Shown here: piece after piece, positions 37,822 to 48,094 of the stretch
Layout: each line of letters opens with the position of its first letter
How positions within the stretch are numbered: the stretch's first letter is position 1
The notes under the pieces: model-generated
What the model was told of the DNA's origin: nothing
What the model saw: only the letters and a program-made list of their open reading frames with translations
Database searches by the model: none
Source of the DNA: Acidobacteriota bacterium
Lineage (GTDB): Bacteria; Acidobacteriota; UBA890; WLXD01
NCBI GenBank assembly: GCA_963666055.2
Contig: CAXWPH010000002.1
Coordinates: 160,001 to 224,000 of the forward strand
Length of the DNA stretch: 64,000 nt
Direction: 5' to 3'
Position numbers and translations under genes: made by a program

Positions 37822-38262
37822 CTATTCGTCACCGGGTCGGGGGAAGGCACCTACCCGCGGCGCCGGCAGCGCCAGCTTCGGTGCGGGCAGTAGCGCGTAC
37901 GCCAGCATCGCCAGTCCGATAAACAGCGGAATGCTGCCGACCATCCACAGGTCTGGGTCGTCGATGAACCGCAGCCCGAAGATAAGCCCCACGCCGGCGC
38001 CCGAGAGGATGAAGCCTGTCGCCATCATGCCCTGACGGCGTCGATGTTGTTCGGCCTCGTACTCGTATCGCACCAGATCTTGAACCTGCTGGGCGTTCAT
38101 TTCGCCAGCGTCGACAAGCTTCTTGCGAAACTCGTAGCGATAGTACGCCTCGCGCTCCTTGCGGCGCTGCTCGGCCCAGCCAACGACCGCCAGGAAACTG
38201 AATAGGGAGATCGCGCCGACGATCGGGATCATGAAGATCAGAGCTTGTGGGAACCAATTCAT
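37822..38262 (-). CDS. DUF6249-like membrane protein
   Basis: TM, then RRKEREAYYR, then two TMs (GVGL, IPLFIGLA); first gene of the ECF operon. Confidence 0.65.
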   Translation of the reverse strand: MNWFPQALIFMIPIVGAISLFSFLAVVGWAEQRRKEREAYYRYEFRKKLVDAGEMNAQQVQDLVRYEYEAEQHRRRQGMMATGFILSGAGVGLIFGLRFIDDPDLWMVGSIPLFIGLAMLAYALLPAPKLALPAPRVGAFPRPGDE

Positions 38263-38325
38263 CGTTCATTTCTCCTGTGCGGCGTCGCCATATGGTGCGT
38301 CGGAAACTCTCGTAATCTCATACTG

Positions 38326-38356
38326 TTTGACGACGCTGCGGCCGCGATTGGTTGCA
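38326..38356 (-). promoter_or_regulatory. Putative autoregulatory ECF promoter
   Basis: Minus strand TGCAACC-N17-CGTCAAA upstream of the DUF6249-ECF-antisigma operon. Confidence 0.5.
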
Positions 38357-38457
38357 TTATCTGACTCGTCCGTTCACCCTCGCGGCGCGGCGCCAACGGT
38401 ATGCGGGTGGCGGTGAACCCACCCCCGACGGCGCCCGACCCAATCTCGAGGTGGACG

Positions 38458-39762
38458 ATGAGCGCGGAGCCCAACGACGCTGAACATGGTCTGGTTCGTG
38501 CGATGGGCCGCTGGGACCTCACCGCGATGGGCGTCAACCAGGTCATCGGTAGCGGCATCTTCGTGCTTCCGGCGTCGATCGCGCTGCTCATGGGCGTGCC
38601 CTCGAGCCCGTGGCCGTTTGTGCTTGCCGGGGTTGCCAACACGCTGATCGTGCTGTGCTTCGCAGAAGCATCGACGCGATTTCGCAGTGCCGGCGGACCC
38701 TACCTGTACGCGCGCGAGGCGTTTGGTTCGTTCGCCGGTTTCGAGGTTGCCTGGATGCTCTGGCTTACGCGGCTGGCCTCGCTGGCGGCGCTCGCCAACG
38801 CGCTGGCTCTCTATTTGGCCTACTTTTTCCCTGGCGCCTCGAGCGGCGGCGGCCGGATCGCGGTGGTCACGGTGACCATCGGCGGGCTGGCGCTGATCAA
38901 TTTCTTCGGGGTGCGCTACGGGTCATGGGCGGTGAATCTCTTCACCGTGAGCAAGCTCGTACCGCTGCTGGGCTTCGTGCTCGTCGGCGCGTTTTTCGTC
39001 GACCCCAGCCGGTTCTCCGGTTTCTCGGTGGCGATCACGCCGGGCACAGGCGAAGCAGTCTTGCTGCTGATGTTCGCCTTTGGAGGCTACGAGTTATCGA
39101 CCTTGCCGGCTGGCGAAGCGCGAAAACCGAGGCGTGATGTGCCGTTCGCAATGCTCACCACGATTACAGTCGTTTTCGCCATCTTCCTGGCCGTGCAACT
39201 GGTTACCGTGGGAACGCTTGCCGACGTTGCTACATCGGGGACACCGCTGGCGGATGCTGCTGCCAGTTTTCTCGGGCCCGCTGCCGGGGTGCTGCTGGCG
39301 ATCGGCGGGGTGATCTCGATCGCCGGGTCGAACGCCGGCACGATGTTGGCGGGGCCACGGGTAACGTATGCGATGGCCGACCGCGGCCAGCTCCCACGGT
39401 TCCTGGCCCATATTCATGCGCGTTACCGGACGCCCGATGCCTCCATATGGCTGTATGCCGGGGTTGCCTGGGCACTGGCCGCGTCCGGGTCGTTCGAGCA
39501 GATGGCCAAGGTCAGCGCCGTAGCGCGCCTGATCTTTTACGTGGCCACTTGCGCCTCGGTACCGGTTCTGCGCCGCCAGGGCGGCGATGTCGACGGTTTC
39601 CGTCTTCCGGGTGGTGCGCTGGTGCCGGTGCTGGCGGTGTTGACGTCGATCGCCATCATCTTCGGCGCGGATCGCATCTCGCTGGCTGCGGGAGCTGGCG
39701 CGTTGGTGGTGGGCGCGCTGCTGTATGCAGCGTATGGCCGCGCAGGGTCGCCAGGCGTGTAG
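38458..39762 (+). CDS. APC family amino-acid permease
   Basis: IGSGIF.LP, GGPYLY, FAFGGYE, GPRVTYAMA..G.LP, TP..SI. Confidence 0.92.
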   Translation: MSAEPNDAEHGLVRAMGRWDLTAMGVNQVIGSGIFVLPASIALLMGVPSSPWPFVLAGVANTLIVLCFAEASTRFRSAGGPYLYAREAFGSFAGFEVAWMLWLTRLASLAALANALALYLAYFFPGASSGGGRIAVVTVTIGGLALINFFGVRYGSWAVNLFTVSKLVPLLGFVLVGAFFVDPSRFSGFSVAITPGTGEAVLLLMFAFGGYELSTLPAGEARKPRRDVPFAMLTTITVVFAIFLAVQLVTVGTLADVATSGTPLADAAASFLGPAAGVLLAIGGVISIAGSNAGTMLAGPRVTYAMADRGQLPRFLAHIHARYRTPDASIWLYAGVAWALAASGSFEQMAKVSAVARLIFYVATCASVPVLRRQGGDVDGFRLPGGALVPVLAVLTSIAIIFGADRISLAAGAGALVVGALLYAAYGRAGSPGV

Positions 39763-39794
39763 CGCGAGTGTCACCTAATCTTCCGGCAAGGACG

Positions 39795-41456
39795 CTAGAG
39801 ATCAACGCGTCGCCGGTGCCGTAGCACTGTGCCGGGCCGGCCCGGAAGGCGCGTTCCGTCGCGGACGACCAGCGTCCCGTTAACCAGCACCGCGTGAATA
39901 CCTGCCGGCTTGCGGTCTGGCTCCATCCAGGTGCCGCGCTCGCCGATCTGTGCGGGCTCGAACAACACGATGTCCGCCGCGTAGCCCGGCGCCAACCGGC
40001 CACGATCGGTCAGTCGCAAGCGCTCAGCAGGCAGCGAAGTTGCCTTTCTGATGCCTTCCGACAGATCGAACCAACCTTCATCACGGGAGTAGTGCCCCAG
40101 CACCCGAGGGATGGCGCCATAACCACCGGGGTGCACCACACCCTCCCCCTTGAGGATCACGTCCACTCCCACGGCGTGATGCGGGTGGGCCAAGAGCTGA
40201 CGCAGCACATCGTCATCGTCGGGGGTGCCGCTGATTCCATGGTAGCGGGCCATCACATCGCCGCCGGAGGCAGCGGTGATCTCGGCAGCGCAATCAAACG
40301 GCGTCGACTGCCTGCGTCGGGCGATGTCGCTCAAGCTGCGTCCGAGCCAGTTCCTATGGGAGTCGGACGAGGCCTGCAAGAGCACGATATTGTCCCAGCC
40401 TGCGGCGCCCACCAGGTTGTGCGCCCAGCCATCGTCCCAGGGCGGCCAGCTGGGCACACGCGTATCGATGTCGTGGGCGACGCGGCGGCGGTACGCACCG
40501 CTGCTCAGCCTCTCGCATAGCTTCGGAACACCGTCGGCCAGCGCCCAAGGCGGATAGATCGCCATCAACGTAGTGTTGATGGCGTGGTAGGGGATCACAT
40601 CAGAGGCCACGTCGATGCCGTCTCGTCGCGCCGCATCTTCGAGCCGTATGGTCTCGCGGGTCAGATGCCAGTGGTCTGGTCCGAACGTCTCATGGTGAGA
40701 GTGCTGCAGCCGCACTCCAGTGCGTCGGCCGATCTCCAGAAGCTCGCGCTCGGCCTCGACTGCGAGCTCGCTGGAGCCGCGCACATGACAGCCGAACAGG
40801 CCGTCGACGGCAGCCACCGGTGCGCACAGCGCCACGATCTCGTCGGTGTCCGCCCACATGCCGGGAGGGTAGATGAGGCCGGCGCTCAGCCCGAAGGCAC
40901 CCGCATCGAGGGCTTCCTGAACCAGAGCCGACATTGCTGCGAGCTCGTTGTCGCGCGCCACCCCCGACTCGCCGCCCTTCACCGCACAGCGGATGGCGCC
41001 GTGGGCCGCCAGCGCCGCGACGTTCAGTGGGGGGCCAACGGTCTCGAGGCAATGTAGATACTCGGCGAAGCTCTCCCAGGCGAGCTCGGTTCCGCGTGGA
41101 ACGATGAGCGTCATGAACGCCGCTAGGGCATCACGGTGGGCCGCGGTTACCGGCGCCACGCCGAGCCCGCAGTTGCCGATTACCTGGGTGGTGATTCCCT
41201 GCTGGAGGAACGGACCGAGTAGGTCCGGCGCTTCCGGGTGAGTCAGGGCTGCGTCGGAATGGCCGTGGATGTCGACAAATCCTGGGCACGCGGCCAGGCC
41301 ATCGGCGTCGAGCGCCGCCGCCGCCGGAGCGCTACCCGGTGGGCGGAGCGCAGCGATGCGTCCTGATTCGATGACGATGTCGCCACGGCGAGGCGGACCA
41401 CCCGACCCATCGTAGATGACCGCGTTGCGGATCGCTCGAACGTCGGTCGACGTCAT
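39795..41456 (-). CDS. N-acyl-D-amino-acid deacylase (amidohydrolase)
   Basis: PGFVDIHGHSD, QGITT..GNCG, GLIYPPG, HPGGYG..PR.LG, RGRL..G..ADIV.F. Confidence 0.92.
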   Translation of the reverse strand: MTSTDVRAIRNAVIYDGSGGPPRRGDIVIESGRIAALRPPGSAPAAAALDADGLAACPGFVDIHGHSDAALTHPEAPDLLGPFLQQGITTQVIGNCGLGVAPVTAAHRDALAAFMTLIVPRGTELAWESFAEYLHCLETVGPPLNVAALAAHGAIRCAVKGGESGVARDNELAAMSALVQEALDAGAFGLSAGLIYPPGMWADTDEIVALCAPVAAVDGLFGCHVRGSSELAVEAERELLEIGRRTGVRLQHSHHETFGPDHWHLTRETIRLEDAARRDGIDVASDVIPYHAINTTLMAIYPPWALADGVPKLCERLSSGAYRRRVAHDIDTRVPSWPPWDDGWAHNLVGAAGWDNIVLLQASSDSHRNWLGRSLSDIARRRQSTPFDCAAEITAASGGDVMARYHGISGTPDDDDVLRQLLAHPHHAVGVDVILKGEGVVHPGGYGAIPRVLGHYSRDEGWFDLSEGIRKATSLPAERLRLTDRGRLAPGYAADIVLFEPAQIGERGTWMEPDRKPAGIHAVLVNGTLVVRDGTRLPGRPGTVLRHRRRVDL

Positions 41457-41539
41457 CGCCTACTCCAGGGCGCTTGCCGGGCGCCGCACGGGCGCGTTTC
41501 TCCCACTCCGGACACAACTAACCTGCCCATGGTATAAGC

Positions 41540-41714
41540 GTAGACAGTTCGACCTTGTGTCGGGAAGCGGGTGCGAATCCCGCGCTGCCGCGCAACTGTG
41601 ATCGGGGACGAAAGCCGCCCGAGGAGCGGCCGCATCGTGCGGTCGGCTCCGGAATGCCACTGGTAGCACCGGGAAGGTGGCGGCGAGTAGGACGATCCGA
41701 GAGCCAGGAAACCG
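41540..41714 (+). ncRNA. Cobalamin (AdoCbl) riboswitch
   Basis: GGGAAGCGGGTGCGAATCCCGCGCTGCCGCGCAACTGTGA ... GCCACTG..CCGGGAAGG ... GAGCCAGGA (B12 box), directly upstream of a FecCD/Btu-type ABC operon. Confidence 0.93.
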
Positions 41715-41754
41715 AACCGGCCACCGGCCGGCCCTCGCGGGAAGGGATGCCACG

Positions 41755-42549
41755 ATGGCGCAGGCACGTCCGTCTAGACCGGCAGCGGACCTCGCCGCGA
41801 GCCGACCCGGCGTATCGCTGCGTGCCGACGGTATCGTCTTCGGCTTCGACGGCCCGCTACTGCGCGGCGTCGATCTCCGGGTCTCCGGCGGCGAGTGCAT
41901 CGCACTGCTCGGCGCCAACGGTGCCGGAAAGACTACCTTACTGCGGCTTCTGGGCGGGCTGATCGAGCCACACGCTGGCCAGGTCGAGGTCGACGGCATC
42001 GCGTCTCCGCGTCTGTCGCACGAGCAACGCGCCCAGCGCATCGGCTACTTGCCGCAGCGTATCCCGGTGGCGACCGGATTCGCTGTCTACGAGATGGTGC
42101 TGATGGGGATGTACGCTCTGCTGCCAGCGCGCGGCTGGGAGAGCCAGCGCGAGTGGCTGTCGGTGGGACGTGCGCTGCATCGCGTGGGGGCGCGACGCCT
42201 GATGCGGCGTCCGTTCGACGAGCTTAGCGGCGGCGAGCAACGCCGCGTGCTGCTTGCCCGCGCCCTGGTGGCGCGACCGGGCCTGTTGCTGCTCGACGAG
42301 CCGCTCGCTGCCCTCGATCCGGGATTCGTCCTCGAGCTGACTGCGACGCTCGCTACCCTGAAGTCGTCGGGCGTGGGCATGGTGATCTCCACTCATCGGC
42401 TCTCGCTGGTGCGTCAGCTCGCCGACCGGGTGGTTGTGCTTCGTCGCGGTGAGGTCTTGGCGGCGGGGACGCCGAGTGCGACTCTGAGCCCCGTCTTGCT
42501 CGACGAAGCGTATTGCACGGATGCGTTTTCCCGTGCCGATGCCGGATGA
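41755..42549 (+). CDS. btuD: Cobalamin ABC importer ATPase
   Basis: GANGAGKTT, LSGGEQRR, LLDEP; downstream of the B12 riboswitch. Confidence 0.85.
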   Translation: MAQARPSRPAADLAASRPGVSLRADGIVFGFDGPLLRGVDLRVSGGECIALLGANGAGKTTLLRLLGGLIEPHAGQVEVDGIASPRLSHEQRAQRIGYLPQRIPVATGFAVYEMVLMGMYALLPARGWESQREWLSVGRALHRVGARRLMRRPFDELSGGEQRRVLLARALVARPGLLLLDEPLAALDPGFVLELTATLATLKSSGVGMVISTHRLSLVRQLADRVVVLRRGEVLAAGTPSATLSPVLLDEAYCTDAFSRADAG

Positions 42550-43568
42550 GTCGTCGCGCATTGTTGCCACGACGTCGACGCTCGATGCTATTGGTGGGCA
42601 GTGGAGCGGCGTTGGCGATTGCCCTGTTGCTCGCCCCGACGGTGGGTTCCACGTCGGTGAGCATGCAGCGCGTATGGGCCGATCCGTTCAGCTGGGCCGA
42701 CAACCCCGATGCGGCGGTGTTCTTCGTGGCACGACTGCCACGAGTACTACTGGCGTGCATGGTTGGAGGAACGCTGGCTCTCGCTGGAGCAACGTTCCAG
42801 TCGCTGCTACGCAACCCGCTTGCCAGCCCCTACACACTCGGTGTTACTGCCGGCGCGACGCTGGCGGCATTCCTGGCCATCCGCTTTTCTCCAAGGCCCT
42901 CGTTGGCGGAGTTCTCAGTGCCGCTGCTGGCGCTGGCGGGCGCCCTGGCAACCACCGGACTGTTGCTGTTGCTGACGTCGCGCCGTAGCGATCTGCCGCC
43001 GACCGTGCTGTTGCTCGCCGGTGTGACGCTCAACTTTACGATCAGCGCCGGTGTTCTGTTGTTGCAGTACTTCTCGGATCACGCCGAGACGGCGCGCATG
43101 ATCCGCTACCTGATGGGAGATCTGGACGCTGCCACGTACCGCATGCTGTTGCTGCTGGCGGTGGTGAGCCTGCCGGGTTGGTTAGCGTTGCTACGTGCCG
43201 GTCGCACGCTGAATCTTCTGAGCCTCGGTCCCGACGAGGCGCGTGCGCAGGGAATCAATGCCGCGGCGGCGACGCGCAAGGGCTTGCTGTGGGCATCTTG
43301 GGTCACCGGTTTGGCGGTGGCCGTGGCGGGGCCGGTGGGCTTCGTCGGGATCCTCGTGCCGCACGCCGTGAGGCTGCTCGGAGGGTACGACTATCGCATT
43401 GTGTTGCCGGCATCGATGCTCGGCGGCGCGGCGTTTCTGATCGCCTGCGACACTGCCGCACGCCTGCTACTGGCGCCGGTGGAGCTGCCCGTGGGCATTC
43501 TCACTGCGTCCCTCGGTGGCCCCTTCTTTCTCATGCTGCTGCTGAGCCGGCGGATTCGCCATGCGTAG
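42546..43568 (+). CDS. btuC: Cobalamin ABC importer permease (FecCD family)
   Basis: RLPR, QSLLRNPLASP..LGV..GA, LG.DEA, GFVG..VPH, ELPVG. Confidence 0.9.
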   Translation: MSRRALLPRRRRSMLLVGSGAALAIALLLAPTVGSTSVSMQRVWADPFSWADNPDAAVFFVARLPRVLLACMVGGTLALAGATFQSLLRNPLASPYTLGVTAGATLAAFLAIRFSPRPSLAEFSVPLLALAGALATTGLLLLLTSRRSDLPPTVLLLAGVTLNFTISAGVLLLQYFSDHAETARMIRYLMGDLDAATYRMLLLLAVVSLPGWLALLRAGRTLNLLSLGPDEARAQGINAAAATRKGLLWASWVTGLAVAVAGPVGFVGILVPHAVRLLGGYDYRIVLPASMLGGAAFLIACDTAARLLLAPVELPVGILTASLGGPFFLMLLLSRRIRHA

Positions 43569-44415
43569 GGGCGGTGCCTTCCGGTGCATGGGGCTGCTCG
43601 GTGTCATCCTGCCACTGTACGTAGTGCCTTTGGAGTTGCAGGCGCCACCTCAGCGGGTCGTCTCTCTGGTACCGGGTGCCACCGAGGTACTGTTCGCGAT
43701 CGGCGCGGGCGAGCGCGTCGCCGGCGTGAGCAGCTTCGATCACTGGCCACCCGAGGTCGAGCGGCTTCCCCGCCTAGGGGGTCTGATCGACCCGGATCTG
43801 GAGGCGATTCTGACGCTGCGGCCCGATCTGGCGATCATCGACCCGTCGCAGAGCTCGCTGCGGCGTCAGCTGGCACTGAGTGGGATCGCTACGTACGAGT
43901 ATGCCACCGCCGATGTGGCTGATCTGTTGCGCAACATGCGGGCGTTCGGAGAGTTGCTCGGCCTATCAGACGGCGCCGCCCGGTCTGCAGACGAGCTGAG
44001 CGCCGACCTCGACGCCGTTCGCGCTCGCTACGCTTCCGACGATCCGCCGAACGTCCTGATGGTATTCGGCCGGCGCGATGGTAGCTTCGCCGAGCTTTGG
44101 GTAAACGGCGGCGTCGGCTTTCTCGAAGAGCTTACCGCCATCGCCGGTGGCCGCAACGTCTTTGGCGATGTGGAGCGTCCAGGGTTCAAGGCAGGGCTCG
44201 AGGCGGTCATCGCGCGTGTTCCCGACGTCGTCGTGGAGCTTCGCACCGACGGTCAGGATGCCGTGCCGACGGCGACGCTCGAGATGGAATGGCGAACCTT
44301 GCCGGGGTTCGCGAATGTCCGGGTGGTGACGCTCGCCGCGGGCTGGATGCTGGTGCCGGGTCCGCGCGTCGCCGAAGCCGCACAGGTGCTGGGCGAGCGG
44401 CTGCACGGGCGTTGA
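43561..44415 (+). CDS. btuF: Cobalamin-binding periplasmic protein
   Basis: PQRVVSLVPGATE.LFAIG, PDLEAIL.L.PD, AGGRNVF, PGPR. Confidence 0.88.
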   Translation: MRRGGAFRCMGLLGVILPLYVVPLELQAPPQRVVSLVPGATEVLFAIGAGERVAGVSSFDHWPPEVERLPRLGGLIDPDLEAILTLRPDLAIIDPSQSSLRRQLALSGIATYEYATADVADLLRNMRAFGELLGLSDGAARSADELSADLDAVRARYASDDPPNVLMVFGRRDGSFAELWVNGGVGFLEELTAIAGGRNVFGDVERPGFKAGLEAVIARVPDVVVELRTDGQDAVPTATLEMEWRTLPGFANVRVVTLAAGWMLVPGPRVAEAAQVLGERLHGR

Positions 44416-44450
44416 CGGACGTCAGCCACCAGATACGCGAGAGCGGCCGG

Positions 44451-45479
44451 CTACCGCGCCGCCGCAATACGCTGACCAGCCCTGCGCTCCGCCAGACGGG
44501 TCGTTGACTCACCGCTGGCAAGCGATTCCTGCAACAGTTCGCGCGCCGTGTCCGCCAGTCCCTCGAGCAGCGCTTCTTGGTCGCTGCGCCCGTGGAAATC
44601 GCAGACTCCCAAGATCACCGCTCCCGATGAGGAAACGACGTCTGGCACGAACAGGATGTCGCGCTCTTTGAGCACCGCCTCCACCTCTGGCGCCGCGAGG
44701 ATGTTGTTGGCAGCGCCGCACACGGCCCAGGCGCGCAGCTCACGCGCCGCCGCGCTCGTCAGCAGGCCGCCGTCGGCGCAAGGGGCGAGAAGATCGATGT
44801 CGGCGCGCAAGAGCTCAGCCGCCGGTACGACGGTTCCTCCCACGGCCTCGGCGGTTCTCCTCGCGGCGTCCTCGTCGAGGTCGGCGACGACTGGCTGCGC
44901 TCCGGCAGCAGCGAATGCCCGTGCCACCGCGTCGCCGATGCTGCCGCACCCCTGAACGCCGATGCGCAGTCCCGCCAGACCTGGTCGTCCGGCGATCCCC
45001 ACGCAGGCGCGTGCGCAGCCCTCGACTCCTCGGGCAACCATGACCGCCATATCGGTCTCGTCGGTGCGCACCCAACGGCTCCGGGAGGCCATGATCTCCA
45101 GGTCGGCGCGTGATGTACCGAGGTCGCCGGCGGTCATGAACCTGCCGCCCATCTCTTCAACCCGCTGACCCAGTATCGAGAAGGCTGCTGTTCGATCGAG
45201 CTCGGGACGGTCCATTACCACCATCTTGGCGCCGCCGGCGTCGACCCCCGCGAGGGCGCACTTCAGGGTCATGGCGCGCGCCAGGCGTCGGGCATCGTCG
45301 GCCGCGTCCGCTGCCGATTCGTAGCTCCAGGTTCGCGTGCCGCCGGCGGCGGGGCCGAGCGTGGTGTCGTCGATTACCAGAAAAGCGCGCAGTCCCGAAG
45401 CCGCGTCGGTAAAGACCGTCAGCTGTTGCGCTCCGCTGCTTTCGAGTTGTGTCAGCAGCGATTCCATTTCTGCGCTCAT
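44451..45479 (-). CDS. Glu/Leu/Phe/Val dehydrogenase (Leu/Val/Phe DH-like)
   Basis: DTTLGPAAGGTR, MTLKCALAG..GGAK, AGDLGT, QGCGSIG, PCA, GAANN. Confidence 0.88.
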   Translation of the reverse strand: MSAEMESLLTQLESSGAQQLTVFTDAASGLRAFLVIDDTTLGPAAGGTRTWSYESAADAADDARRLARAMTLKCALAGVDAGGAKMVVMDRPELDRTAAFSILGQRVEEMGGRFMTAGDLGTSRADLEIMASRSRWVRTDETDMAVMVARGVEGCARACVGIAGRPGLAGLRIGVQGCGSIGDAVARAFAAAGAQPVVADLDEDAARRTAEAVGGTVVPAAELLRADIDLLAPCADGGLLTSAAARELRAWAVCGAANNILAAPEVEAVLKERDILFVPDVVSSSGAVILGVCDFHGRSDQEALLEGLADTARELLQESLASGESTTRLAERRAGQRIAAAR

Positions 45480-45603
45480 AGTCGATGCATCCGGCGACAC
45501 CCGAGACCCGGGCCTGCCCCACCCACACTGCTGCGCTGTATGCTACCGTGCGCCGTCGTTCGAGAGAGATTCCGATGTTCGCGGTGGATAGGGAGGACGT
45601 GCC

Positions 45604-46707
45604 ATGAAGATGCGCGCCGCGCTACTGCAAGAATTCGGTAAGCCGCTGGAAATCCATGAAGTCGACCTCGCCCCGCCAAAGGCAGGCGAGGCGCTGGTCA
45701 AGGTGCACGCCTGCGGTGTCTGCCACACCGATATGTACACCTGGAGCGGTGCCGACCCGAGCGGGTTTGTACCCACGGTGCTCGGTCACGAGGGTGCTGG
45801 TGTGGTCGAAGAAGTCGGTGAGGGGGTGACGTCGCTAAAGCCCGGCGATCACGTTGTGTGCCTGTTTTCGCCCGAGTGCAGTGAGTGCAGCCACTGCACC
45901 AGCGGCAAGACCAACATCTGCATGGCCATCCGTGACACCCAGGGGCAGGGTTACCTGCCCGATGGAACGCCGCGTCTTTCTGTCGACGGCACGCCGATCC
46001 GGCACTTCATGGGTACCAGCACGTTCGCCGAGTATACCGTCATGCCCGAGATTGCCCTGGCGAAGGTCAATCGCGATGCGGCGCTCGACAAGATCTGCAC
46101 GCTGGCCTGCGGTGCAACCACGGGCCTTGCGGCGGCCCTGTACAAGGCGGAGGTGGAACCGGGATCGACCTGCGCCGTCTTCGGCTGTGGTCTCGTCGGG
46201 CTAGGCGCCGTAGCGGGCTGCCAGCTGGCCGACGCCGGGCGCATCATCGCCGTGGACATGTCCGAGGACCGGCTGGCATCCGCGCGCCACTATGGTGCCA
46301 CCGATACGATGCTCGGCGGCCCCGACACCGTCGACAAGATCGTCGAGATGACCGGGGGCATGGGCGCTGACTACACCTTCGAGGCTACCGGAAACGTCGG
46401 CGTGATGGCGCAGGCAGTCGAGTCGGCACGCATGGGTTGGGGTCTGTGCACAGTGCTGGGTGTAGCCGGCAAGGGTGAGACTTTGGATATCATTCCACGG
46501 TTCCTCATCACTGGCCGTCGGGTGCAGGGCGGCAGTTTCGGTGGTGCCAAGGGGCGCACCCATGTGCCGAAGTTCGTCGACATGTACATGGAGGGAAAGC
46601 TCGACCTGGACAGTCTGGTGTCGCATCACCTGACCCTCGACGAGGTCATGAAGGGCTTCGACCTCATGGAGGCACAGGACGGGATCCGCTCGGTCATTAT
46701 GTTCTGA
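45604..46707 (+). CDS. Zn-dependent class III alcohol dehydrogenase / thiol-dependent formaldehyde dehydrogenase
   Basis: CHTD, GHEGAG, CSECSHC...TNIC, HFMGTSTFAEYTV, LACG, GCGLVG, GSFGG.KGR. Confidence 0.92.
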   Translation: MKMRAALLQEFGKPLEIHEVDLAPPKAGEALVKVHACGVCHTDMYTWSGADPSGFVPTVLGHEGAGVVEEVGEGVTSLKPGDHVVCLFSPECSECSHCTSGKTNICMAIRDTQGQGYLPDGTPRLSVDGTPIRHFMGTSTFAEYTVMPEIALAKVNRDAALDKICTLACGATTGLAAALYKAEVEPGSTCAVFGCGLVGLGAVAGCQLADAGRIIAVDMSEDRLASARHYGATDTMLGGPDTVDKIVEMTGGMGADYTFEATGNVGVMAQAVESARMGWGLCTVLGVAGKGETLDIIPRFLITGRRVQGGSFGGAKGRTHVPKFVDMYMEGKLDLDSLVSHHLTLDEVMKGFDLMEAQDGIRSVIMF

Positions 46708-46763
46708 GCGCGGCGTCCAGACTGCGGACGTCGCCAGAGCAAGCAACCCGGTAGGGGAGAGAA

Positions 46764-47507
46764 ATGATCATCCAGCGCAGCATGAGCGACGGCTACCTGT
46801 CGAACAGCTTTGTCGTCGCGGACAAGCCTGGTGGGCACGGGGTCCTCATTGACTCTGGTGGTCCGGTGGAACCGATTCTCGCCGCCATCGAAGACAACGA
46901 CGTGACCATCACCCACCTACTGCTGACCCACCACCACATCGATCACGTGATCAACAACGCAGTGTATGTCGACCGCTTCGGCGTCGACATCTGGGGTCAC
47001 CCCACAGAGCGTGAGTTTTGCGCTGCTATACAGCACGATCTCAACGACGGCGACGAAATCGTCTCGGGCGACCTGCGAATACGGGCTCTGCTGACGCCGG
47101 GGCATACGGTTGGCATGTTGGCACTAGTGGTCAACGACGAGGTTGTTTTCACCGGTGACACCCTTTTCAAGGGAACGATCGGTGGCACGCTGGCTCCGGG
47201 TCACGCGACCTACGCCGACATCAGGCACTCCATCATGGAGGTGCTGATGAAGCTGCCGCCGGAGACTCGTGTGTGTCCCGGGCACACCGACGACACTACG
47301 ATCGGCGCGGAGTGGGATAACAACGCGTTCATTCGCATCTGGCGTGGCCTGGACCCGGAGGGCTCGGCCCCCTGCACCGCGTTCGACAAGCCGGCCACAC
47401 TGGTGTTGCGTGCCCTCGACTACGACGGTGGCACGAAGTGCTGGGTGCGCTTCGACGAAGGCAACCACGACGAGATCGTTCCAGGCTCGAAGGTGGTCGG
47501 CGACTGA
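46764..47507 (+). CDS. MBL-fold hydrolase (glyoxalase II-like)
   Basis: THHHIDH, TPGHT, FTGDTLF, PGH. Confidence 0.9.
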   Translation: MIIQRSMSDGYLSNSFVVADKPGGHGVLIDSGGPVEPILAAIEDNDVTITHLLLTHHHIDHVINNAVYVDRFGVDIWGHPTEREFCAAIQHDLNDGDEIVSGDLRIRALLTPGHTVGMLALVVNDEVVFTGDTLFKGTIGGTLAPGHATYADIRHSIMEVLMKLPPETRVCPGHTDDTTIGAEWDNNAFIRIWRGLDPEGSAPCTAFDKPATLVLRALDYDGGTKCWVRFDEGNHDEIVPGSKVVGD

Positions 47508-47520
47508 CAAGCTACCCGCG

Positions 47521-48063
47521 ATGACGGTCGCCCGCGAGATGGTGGCTCTCGCCAATCGCGACGGCGGACGCATCGTCGTCGTCGTGGATCGCGTGGGGGT
47601 ATTCGAGGCCGCGCTGGCGGTCGATTTCGCGACGATGACCGACGTGGTGACGGAGATCGGCCGAGCCCGCGTCGTGCCATCGATGGTCGCCGACGTAGAG
47701 CTTCTCGGCGGCGCGGAGGGCGAGGTGCTGGTCGATCACTTGGCTCGGCAAGGAAAAACGCGCGTCATGATCAACCATCGGTCGTTCGTCATCACGTTCT
47801 CCGCCCTGCCTGGTGGTGCCGGCGCGGGGCTCGGCTGGCCCGAGCTCGAGGGCGCGCGCTCCAGCCAGACGGTCTGGTCCCGCCTGCACCTGGCGTTCAA
47901 CTGCTTGCTGCCGTTTCCCGAGCAGGACCGGGGTGCGGACCGCGCCGTGGAGCAGTTCCTGGAAGCGCTGGTGGAACGGCTGCGAACGCGCTGGGACGGT
48001 ACGCGCTGGCTGCAGTCGATCTCGCCCGCTTACCTGTCCGACTTCGCCCACGAGGTGGGCTGA
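47521..48063 (+). CDS. Hypothetical protein
   Basis: ATG 47521 opens a protein-like frame filling the gap; no family recognised. Confidence 0.55.
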   Translation: MTVAREMVALANRDGGRIVVVVDRVGVFEAALAVDFATMTDVVTEIGRARVVPSMVADVELLGGAEGEVLVDHLARQGKTRVMINHRSFVITFSALPGGAGAGLGWPELEGARSSQTVWSRLHLAFNCLLPFPEQDRGADRAVEQFLEALVERLRTRWDGTRWLQSISPAYLSDFAHEVG

Positions 48064-48094
48064 TCTTGTTGTCGATTAGCTGGTCGTTCGGCGG

